Source: Chrysemys picta bellii (Eukaryota). Taken from it: DNA of 64,000 nucleotides. The notes under the pieces are model-generated. The model was not told the origin of the DNA and did not search any database. It saw only the letters and a list, made by a program, of their open reading frames with translations. Position 1 is the first letter of the stretch; every line of letters starts with the position of its first letter. Positions 12,538-20,862 of the stretch are shown one piece after another. Where the stretch lies: assembly GCF_011386835.1 (NCBI RefSeq), contig NC_088791.1, positions 350,114,001 to 350,178,000 on the forward strand, given 5' to 3'. A program made the translations under genes and the position numbers.

Positions 12538-12546
12538 CTGGTAACT
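12538..12546 (+). promoter_or_regulatory. Candidate splice donor of an upstream non-coding exon (CTG|GTAACT)
   Basis: Same site in all five units: 12540|12541, 24278|24279 (GTAAGT), 34073|34074, 53390|53389 (minus), 62128|62129. No transcript evidence. Confidence 0.4.
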
Positions 12547-13339
12547 GACCAGTAGCTGTTTCTAACACTTACATCGAGGGACATGAATACAATCCATCTG
12601 CAATACCTGTGCAAGATTTTCCAAAAAGTCCTGAGAGAACAGAACCGCTGGTTAGTGTTTCAGAACGCTTGCTGCGTTGGTGCCTGGACCTGCCCCTGCA
12701 TGTACGTAATTTATGCCCATTACCTCTTACACGTGCATGGCTGAAGTAACTTGCACACTCAAATGGATATTAATGCAAACATAGTATTTGTATATTCACC
12801 CATTTTTTATGCCAAACCCACCCCGGCCAAGCTGAAATAACTGTCTGTTGTCAGCTTGTACCTTGCCACATATCGACAGACCATTGCATGGGGAGAGGGT
12901 GCAGGTCCTGTGAGGATGAATAGAAGCCTGTAGGATGATAGAACTCTCTGTATATAGTCAACACTGGCCAGCCAAAGCACTTCCCCTTTTCTTGGAGGGA
13001 TTCTTGGGGGTCAGAGTATATCACCGGGAGCTTAAGGGAAAGTTAATGGAGCCTCCTTCTGACTGAATTTATACATGTAAATCTGGAGTGACCCTGTTGA
13101 AGTCACTGTTATTGAATTAAGAATCTGCCCCTAAGAATTTATCCCATGTGCTGCAAAGAGGCAGTGGCATAATTTGGACTCTCGGGAGTGGAGAAAATAA
13201 TATATATATATATATAGAATGAGACAATGAACATGTTTATAAATGGCTTCAATGCAGGACAGAAAAATACAATGACAGTTTGCACCATGCACGTGCCATG
13301 TGTTTACACCACACAGGTCATGATACAATGGGGAACTCC

Positions 13340-13610
13340 CAGCCACAAGACAACAACCAGGTCAAGAGTTTAGCAGGATTCAAAGAGGGACAGGATGTTT
13401 ATATAGGTAACCAGAAAATCCAATTCCTGATTTACACCACTAAACATATCTAATTACTGGGTGTCAGGGAAATTTTCCCTGGGAGTAGATTATCTCATGG
13501 CGGCCTATTGCAGGGCTTCTTACATCTTCCTCCAAAACATCTGGAACTGGCCACTGGATACTGGGCTAGATGGACTGCAGGTGTGATCAAGTCTGGCAGT
13601 GCCTAGCTTG
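13340..13610 (+). mobile_element. Ancient CR1 3'-UTR relic upstream of the OR CDS
   Basis: ggattcaaagaggga..ggatgtttatat..catctggaactggccactggatactgggctagatggac..ctggcagtgcct is CR1 3'-end-like; present in OR1, OR2, OR3 and OR5, mostly deleted in OR4. Confidence 0.6.
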
Positions 13611-13712
13611 CAATCGGTGGTGTAAATCCAAGACTATGTTTTTCTGATCTTCCTTGAACTCCTGAAAGTCTCTAGACTTGCACTCAGAGCAGAAAGGTGT
13701 CTCGTTAAATAT

Positions 13713-13742
13713 CATCTAATCTCCTGTTCTTTTTCCTTTCAG
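13713..13742 (+). promoter_or_regulatory. Splice acceptor (branch point, pyrimidine tract, AG) exactly 40 nt before the ATG
   Basis: catctaatctcctgttctttttcctttcag|g. The AG ends at 13742, 25606, 36698, 52313 (minus) and 63561, leaving a 40-nt leader in all five genes. Confidence 0.75.
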
Positions 13743-13782
13743 GAAGGAAAGATCAATACTCCTCGGACCTGCCCAGTACATT

Positions 13783-14718
13783 ATGTCAGCTGTCAATGAC
13801 ACCAAATTCAGCTTTGCACTGTTCCTTCTCAGCGGGATACCTGGCCAAGAAGACGTCCATCTCTGGATCTCTATCCCCTTCTGCTTAATGTTTGTCATTT
13901 CGATAGTAGGAAATACAGTCATTCTGTTCATTATAAAAACAGATCCAAGCCTTCATGAGCCCATGTACATTTTCCTTTCCATGCTGGCCATCACAGACCT
14001 TGGCTTATCGATAGCCACTATACCGACGATACTGGGCATATACTTGTTTAACTCTAGGGAGATCAGCCTCGATGCTTGTTTCACCCAGCTCTTCTTCATC
14101 CACTTTCTCCAATGTACTGAATCCTCTGTGCTCTTGTTGATGGCCTTTGACCGCTTCATCGCAATTTATGACCCGCTGAGATATGCTTCCATCTTAACCC
14201 TGCCGAGAATAGCCAAGATGGGATTGGTGTGTGTGCTAAGAGGGGTGGCTGTAGTAGTCCCACTCCCCCTTCTCCTGCAACGGCTCCGATACTGTCGAGC
14301 CAATGTCCTCTCCCATTCCCACTGCCTGAACCACGACGTCATGAAGATGGCTTGTTCGGATATCACAGTCAACAGCATCTATGGCTTGTCAGTTAAACTC
14401 TTAACGATGGGGTTGGACTCACTGCTCATCTTCATCTCTTATGTGATGATCCTCAAAACAGTGCTGAGAATTGCTTCACACGCAGAGTGTCTCACGGCCC
14501 TGAACACCTGCGTCTCCCACCTCTGTGCTGTCTTGCTCTTCTACACACCAGAGATCGGCGTGTCTCTGCTATACAGATTCGGGAAGGGCTCTTCTCCCTT
14601 GCTTCAAATTCTCCTGGGCTACATCTCCCTGGTGGTCCCTCCCCTGATGAACCCAATAGTTTACAGCGTGAAATGCAAACACCTTCGTGTGAGTATAATC
14701 AGGGCATACTTCAAGTGA
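13783..14718 (+). CDS. OR1: class I olfactory receptor, family 51 (OR51G2-like), intact 311 aa
   Basis: GN (TM1), LHEPMY, MAFDRFIAIYDPLRY, HSHCLNHDVMKMAC, ALNTCVSH, YRFG, PPLMNPIVYSVK; N-glycosylation site NDT at N5. Confidence 0.97.
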   Translation: MSAVNDTKFSFALFLLSGIPGQEDVHLWISIPFCLMFVISIVGNTVILFIIKTDPSLHEPMYIFLSMLAITDLGLSIATIPTILGIYLFNSREISLDACFTQLFFIHFLQCTESSVLLLMAFDRFIAIYDPLRYASILTLPRIAKMGLVCVLRGVAVVVPLPLLLQRLRYCRANVLSHSHCLNHDVMKMACSDITVNSIYGLSVKLLTMGLDSLLIFISYVMILKTVLRIASHAECLTALNTCVSHLCAVLLFYTPEIGVSLLYRFGKGSSPLLQILLGYISLVVPPLMNPIVYSVKCKHLRVSIIRAYFK

Positions 14719-15058
14719 AGGGTCAGTTCATCACCTGGCTCCAGCGCTGGTGACATGAGAGATGAAAAACATAGGCCACGACAATGGCCCCATATTCCAT
14801 CCTGGACCCTTACATCCGAGACGACATGAGCTACTGATCTCCACTCTGTAAAGAAAGGTTCCGACTGGTTCTAAGACCTGGAGCAATGGGAGAGGGGCTG
14901 GTATGGGAGGACAGTGCACTGGAGGAAGGAGACCAAGGCAGGCACCAGCATTTACAAAGTGACTTTGTTCGTGGAGAGCCAGGGGACCAGTAGGATGTTG
15001 GCCCAGAAAGAGCTGTATGGGTGGCTGCTCTGACCTCAGAATTCCTGCCTATGCACTC

Positions 15059-15064
15059 AATAAA
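15059..15064 (+). terminator. Candidate polyadenylation signal of OR1
   Basis: AATAAA in a ctcaataaag context conserved at 27402, 37928 and 50153-50158 (minus). Confidence 0.55.
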
Positions 15065-15077
15065 GTGAAGGGGTTTG

Positions 15078-15671
15078 TGTTGGGATATGTAAGGGTTAAG
15101 TACAGACCTGGGAAACCGCTGGTGTGCTGATATGTTATTAGGGACTAGAGTCACAGGCAGGCACTGTTTCTTTGCTTAATATATAAGTGTCATCCCTCGC
15201 CCTACACTTCAGCTTGTTGGGAATAAATAAGGGTTGCAGCTGCTTAAGAAATGTAATTGTCTAAAGGATACCCTTTGTGTAAAGAACTGTTATCTCCCCC
15301 TCCCTTCCTTTCCCAGATACATAAATGAGAACTACTCCTGGCCCCTTCCTCCCTGCCCTGAGAACTGCTAATTAAGGGAACTTGTAGCAACAAATTACTG
15401 CAGAGAAATGTATTTTCAAGGTAAAAATGCCTGTATAATATATGTAATGCTGTGAATAATAGATACGGGTGGGTATACTAATAGTATGGGTGTTTTTATT
15501 ACGTAATAAGGGTTTTTGGGGTGTTGTAACGGATGTAGGCATTTACATACTAACTTAGGTAAAAAGAGTGTGCTTTAACTAATCCAGTGCTTACTCGACA
15601 ATTGGGTCGAGGGGAACAAGTATCGAAATTACTCAAATCCACCTCTGGTCATCCCGCTCTCTTCTCTAACT
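15078..15671. mobile_element. Solo LTR (594 bp)
   Basis: Starts TGTTGGG, ends CTCTAACT (expected AACA, last base changed); 5-bp TSD GTTTG (15073-15077, 15672-15676); absent from OR2, OR3 and OR4 D blocks. Confidence 0.75.
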
Positions 15672-16203
15672 GTTTGGGTGTTGTTTCCCATTGCCCTGGC
15701 CTGTCACTGTCCCGTCTCTGGTTAAACATCCACAGGCCATAAAAAAGTTGCAGAGCTGTTCTGGAGTCACAGTCCTGGCCCTTCCTGAACACTCTGGGTG
15801 CTGCGTGATCCATGGGGGCTGCAGGAACTGTGGACAGGGGCTATTCAAGGGGCACGTACACCCACCCATCCCCTACGCCCTCAGCTAGGTGCTTGTGACT
15901 GAGTCGTGTCAGAGACACGTTTATCGCAGGAGCCCAGGAAAAGCCATTCAGGCAACTCTCCAATCCCCCATTAATGGCTCTGAACACAGCAGACCTGATC
16001 AGTCCCCTCCCCACCGAGGCAGAGTAGAGCTGCATGTGTGAGTGAGGGTCTCACACACAGGTGTCCTGGCAAGAGACTCAGGCCCAGATTCCTTTCCCAG
16101 CCCCTCCATATGTGCTGTCCCAGCAATGCAAAGGGATGGAAAAGGGCCTCAGCTCCACTGCAGAGGAATAGCTAGCTCCAATCCCAGCCTATCCCATTCA
16201 GTG

Positions 16204-16720
16204 TAGGGTGACCACCTTTTCAAAAAGCAAAAGTGGGACACATGCAGGAGCCCCGTCCCCTCTGTGACCCTGCACCTACCTCTCTTCTGCCCCCTTGCAG
16301 CCCCATCCTCTGCTCCTCCTATTTCCCCAACACCACACCCCTGATCCTCCTCTTTTCACGAGACTCCACCCCCTCTCCAGGCGGGAAGCCACAGTTGGGC
16401 CATAGTAAGAGCTGCCCAGGGAGTCAAAGTCACTGTGAGGAGCCCCAGACTCTCCACCTGCCTTGAACAGGGGGCTGGGGGGCCCAAGAGAAGCCCTCAG
16501 CCTGCGTCCTTGCCTGCTAGTACCTACAACACACAAGGTGGATCGTCTGGGACTCCCAACAGCGGCCTGGGCTCCAAAGGCACCTCTTACCATGACCCGG
16601 CTCTGGCCTGGCGACAGACGCTTGTGGGAAAAGGAGGATCAGAGGGCGAGACCTGAGGGGAAGGGAAGGGGCAGGAGCAGGGCTTTAGGGGAAAAGGAGG
16701 AGCAGGGGGTGCATCAAGCC
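16204..16720. mobile_element. Old hAT (Tip100-like) relic in the D block
   Basis: Begins tagggtgaccacc; diverged paralogs at ~38238-38650 and ~49090-49632 (minus); right end uncertain. Confidence 0.45.
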
Positions 16721-17775
16721 TGAACCAATGTGGAGCCCAGCAAACGGGGAGGTGGGTGGCTCTTAAGTAAAGGAGGAGGATTGGGCCAGAGGCTAGAAGA
16801 CCTTATGTTTTGGAGAAGATTGTAGAATTGCGACCCCACAAAGGGGGCTTGTGTTTTAAGTATTCCAGCCTGAGAGTAAGTCATTGCAAGAACCTTAGAG
16901 ACAAGGGCAGGGTGCCTGCAGGGCTACCTCAAGCCAAAAGGGGGCACTCTGGGGTGGCCCCCATCTGCAGGGACTTAGCCGGAGTGGGCTGTGCTCTTAA
17001 CAGCCTTTACCAATGAGCGGAAGTGAGCCCAGCCCCCAGGCTGCTCTAAACTCTGCTGTGGCAGGGGGAGAACAGGCCAGGGAGTCAAACCCCTGGAACT
17101 GTCACTGCTCAGATGGCTGGAAGGCTGGGCCGGTTGGTCTGAGCATGGCTCTGCGACTCAAGACAGCTGAATTAGATTCCCTTGCTCTGTGTGACCATCG
17201 GGAAACTATTGGCTGCCTCTGAGCCTCTCTGCAGGTGGATAATAGCCCTGCCCTGCCTCACGGTGCTGGCAGGAGGATAAATACTTTCCAGGTGCTCAGA
17301 TACTCTGAGACCCTAAGAGCAGGGCTATGTCAGGGTTCCACAGAGCATCACCTCTGACATTTGTCTATAAAAGGCCTCTTATCACAGCCTCCTGTGACAG
17401 CTGCTTCTGGGAAGCCCTGTGAGTCCAGCACCTTGGTGTCTGTGGCAGATGTAGGGGTGCTCGGGGGTGACAGTGAGGGGTAGGTAGTGGATTTCTGAGG
17501 GGAGTGTTGGAGTGTCATGGGGGCTATCTGCCAAACAATGGAGGAAAAGCCATGGGGGCCTCCTCTTAGATGTCTGGTTGGGAGAAAACAGTCTGAGGGC
17601 AAAGGTCAGCTCCACACCTAGGCCCTGTAACACAGACATGGCTGAGCACTATGGTGACTGGGCCCAGGCTCACACAGGTTTCAGCAAAGGCTGCTTCCAC
17701 AAAAAAGGGGCAAAGAGATTGGAAGATGCTCTCAGAGACACAGGAAAACTAGGCTGGGTCCCAAGAGCTTCTTGG

Positions 17776-18950
17776 TAGGGACGGTGAGTTGTATGGGCCC
17801 GTGGCGCCCGGGCTCCAGCAATGTTCGGGGCCGGGTCTCTCCCCCGTTCCTGCCTGCTGCACCCGCGCGCCTCCCCTGAGCAGGGCCGGCTCCAGGCACC
17901 AGCCGAGCAAGCTCGTGCTTGGGGCGGCAGATTGTACAAGGCGGCATTCCGCCCAATCCTAGGGCGCCACGGCCACTTTTTGTTGTTGTTGTTGTTCCGC
18001 TCCGGCTGCCCTGTAGGGGGCGGCGGTGCAGACGAGGGGAGCACCCTGCTGGGAGCGGGCTGCATGCTCTGTCTACCCCAGCCGGTGCCAGGTCTGTAGC
18101 AAACCCGGCAGGGCAGCCCGCGTCCTTCCCTCCCCGCTGACCGGAGCGGCACAGAGACATCCTGGCAGGTGGTGCGGCGATTGGGGCCGCGTGGTGAGCT
18201 CCCTGCTGAAGCCCTGGCAGCCCCCACTCTCTCTCTCGCCCCGCTCCCCCCCCCACTAGCCAGGGCACATCTGCAGCGCAGGGAGTCCCCCTGCACCCTG
18301 GCTACGGCCACGCCGCAAGTTTTTTTCCTTGTGTTTTTTTTTTTGCTTGGGGCGGCAAAAAACCCAGAGCCGGCCCTGCCCCTGAGTGTCCCCTGGCCCC
18401 CACTTGCTGCCCCCGTGCACCTCCCCCAGGCCTGGAGCATCCCTGCCTCTTCCCTGCAGCTCCCCGCTGCCTCCACCCTGCTGGCTCCTGGCATCAACTG
18501 CCGCCGCAGGGTCCCAGTGCCCCCCATCCACTAGTGCCAGGCACTGACAGTGGTGTGAGGTGAGTGTGGTCTGCCTGCACCCCAAACTCCTCATCCCCAG
18601 CCCTGCCCCGCCCCAGAGCCCTCACCCCCCGCACTCGAATCCTCTGACCTAGCCCTGAGCCTCCTCCCACACTCCAAACCTCTTATCCCCAACCACAGTC
18701 CACAGCCCCCACCCCTGCACCCCAACCCTCTGCTAAGCCCCTCCCACACCCCAAACACCTCATCACCAGCCCCACCCCAGAGCCCTCACATTTTTACATT
18801 ATTTTAAAAAAATATACAATAACTCCTTGCTTAACATCATTTCCATCATCACCAAGTTTTGGGGTTGCTGGATCTGGGGGGAGGTGGGGTTTTTTTTGGG
18901 TCCAATAGAGAACTAGCAGCAGGCATTCGGAGCTGGGCTTGGCTTATGCC
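17776..18950. mobile_element. GC-rich non-autonomous DNA-transposon-like element hosting a nested MITE
   Basis: D-block homology stops at 17775; the body carries the ccccaaac..ctcatccccagccc repeats also seen in the hAT elements at 44572 and 50355; boundaries approximate. Confidence 0.45.
17881..18378. mobile_element. hAT MITE (498 bp)
   Basis: TIRs CAGGGCCGGCTC...GAGCCGGCCCTG; perfect 8-bp TSD CCCCTGAG (17873-17880, 18379-18386). Confidence 0.92.
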
Positions 18951-19686
18951 CCTTTCTATTAAGATTGTACATGGCCTTCCTTACCCGGTGTGTGCACGTC
19001 TCATGCCTGAACATGAAGAGAAACCTCTGAGCTGTGTCTCAGTTACTCCGTGACTCTGCAAGCGTGTCACTGCTATGTCCGGCTGTCTGTGGCGTAACCC
19101 TGTTCCGTGCCACAAGTACTCCTGTTCTTCTTCTTACAACCAGGGGCTCTGTAGCCCAGTGCAGAGGGAAAGAGCATCTCTGTCACTGATGGACTGTGTG
19201 ACCAGAAATGTCCACTAACCCACCCTCAGTGCTTTTGTTTGTGGGTGCTCCCCTTGAGATACAGCCAGCAGCACCAACTCCTGGGATTTCATTGGGAGTA
19301 TCACACTAGTTCCTGTCTTTCTTAAAGGCCCAACTTCTGAAATCAAGAGACTGTGTAGGAATCTCAGCTTTCAGTTTTCCTAAGGAATTTTTTTTAAGTG
19401 TGTTGCAGAAAAGCTAGAAACCCTGAATCAGGTGACCCCAAAGGCTTAGAAACCAAAGGCACATGAAAATGAACACCACATTAGAATATTTTAAAATCTC
19501 ATTTATTTAAACCAATCTCATGAATTTGAGAGTGTGAATCATAATTTTTGAATGGGGCTTGGTGATACTGGGTACCTAGTTTAAGAGATCTGAAGAGCAA
19601 GTAGCAAAAGACACAAAAATTAACAGCAAGCTTTTTAAGGTACATCAGAAGCAGTAAGCCTGCCTATCAGTCAGTGGGGCCATTGG

Positions 19687-20118
19687 ATGATTAGGGGGCT
19701 GGTGCACATGACTTATGAGGAGAGGCTGAGGGAACGGGGATTGTTTAGTCTGCGGAACAGAAGAATGAAGGGGGATTTGATAGCTGCTTTCAACTACCTG
19801 AAGGGGGGTTCCAAAGAGGATAGATTTAGACTGTTCTCAGTGGTAGCAGATGACAGAACAAGGAGCAATGGTCTCAAGTTGCAGTGGGGGAGGTCTAGGT
19901 TGGATATTAGGAAAAACTTTTTCACTAGGAGGGTGGTGAAGCACTGGGATGGATTACCTAGGGAGGTGGTGGAATCTCCGTCCTTAGAGGTTTTTAAGAT
20001 CAGGCGTGACAAAGCCCTGGCTGGGATGATTTAGTTGGGATTAGGTCTTGCTTTGAGCAGGGGGTTGGACTAGATGACCTCCTGAGGTCCCTTCCAACCC
20101 TGATATTCTATGATTCTA
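19687..20118 (+). mobile_element. Young 5'-truncated CR1 LINE
   Basis: Uninterrupted RT C-terminus [30 protein letters not shown] (19687-20034), then 3' UTR and an attctatgattcta tail. An older CR1 RT scrap lies at 19590-19686. Confidence 0.9.
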
Positions 20119-20144
20119 AGGGGGGCCCACCCACCACTCATGTT

Positions 20145-20862
20145 GGGAACCATTAGGAAAGGGATAATTAACAAGAGAGAAAATAACATTTAGCCTCTAA
20201 TCCATGGTATACCCACACCTTGAATACTGTGTACAGTTCTGGTCTCCCCATCTCAAAAAAGTTATATTTGAATTTGAAAAAGTACAGAGAAGGGCGACAA
20301 AAATGTTTTGGGGTATGGAACAGCTTCCACATGAAGAAAGATTAAAAAGACTGGGACTGTTCAGCTTTGAAAACAGAGGACTAATGGGGGATATGAGAGA
20401 GGTCTATAAAATTATGAATGGTGTGGAAAAAGTGAATAAGGACATGTTATTTACCCCTTCAAAAGAACCAGGGGTCACCCAATGAAGTTGAAAGGAAGTA
20501 GGTTTAAAAGAAACAAAAGAAAGTACTTTATAACACAACGCACAGTCAACCTGTGGAATTCATCGCCAGGGGACATTGGGAAGGCCAAAAATATAACTGG
20601 TCCAAAAAAGAAGTAGGTAAGTTCCAGGAGGAGAGGTCAATCAATGGCTATTAGCCAAGATGGTCAGGGATGCAGCCCTATGCCCTGGGTGTCTCTGAAC
20701 CTGACTGACAGAAACTGAGAGCAGATGACAGGGGATGGATGACTCGATAATTGCCTTGTTTAGTTCATTTCCTCAAAAGTATCTGCATGGGTCGCTGTCA
20801 GAAGAGAGGACATTAGACTAGATGGACCATTGGTTTGATCCAATATGGCCGCTCTTATGTTC
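20145..20862 (+). mobile_element. Older CR1 LINE 3' portion (second subfamily)
   Basis: HLEYCVQFWSPHLKK..EKVQRRATKM..EERLKRLGLFS; 3' end atatggccgctcttatgttcct. The same tail/flank junction recurs at 59620-59700. Confidence 0.85.

Larger units (their letters stand above)
9870..17775 (+). repeat. OR duplication unit 1 (U block, OR1, D block)
   Basis: Collinear with units 2, 3, 5 and inverted unit 4 over several kb of non-coding sequence. Confidence 0.9.

Noticed and set aside
13716-14378. Recurrent antisense ORFs over the OR genes (also 25580, 36813, 37390, 51373, 63535)
   Set aside because: Shadow frames of paralogous OR coding sequence; starts and stops differ between copies.
13783-14718. 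Assigning a specific mammalian symbol such as OR51G2
   Set aside because: These are lineage-specific tandem paralogs; one-to-one orthology cannot be established from sequence inspection.
17670-18527. 285-aa minus-strand ORF and neighbours
   Set aside because: Crosses the D block, host element and nested MITE boundaries; low complexity; explained by GC content.
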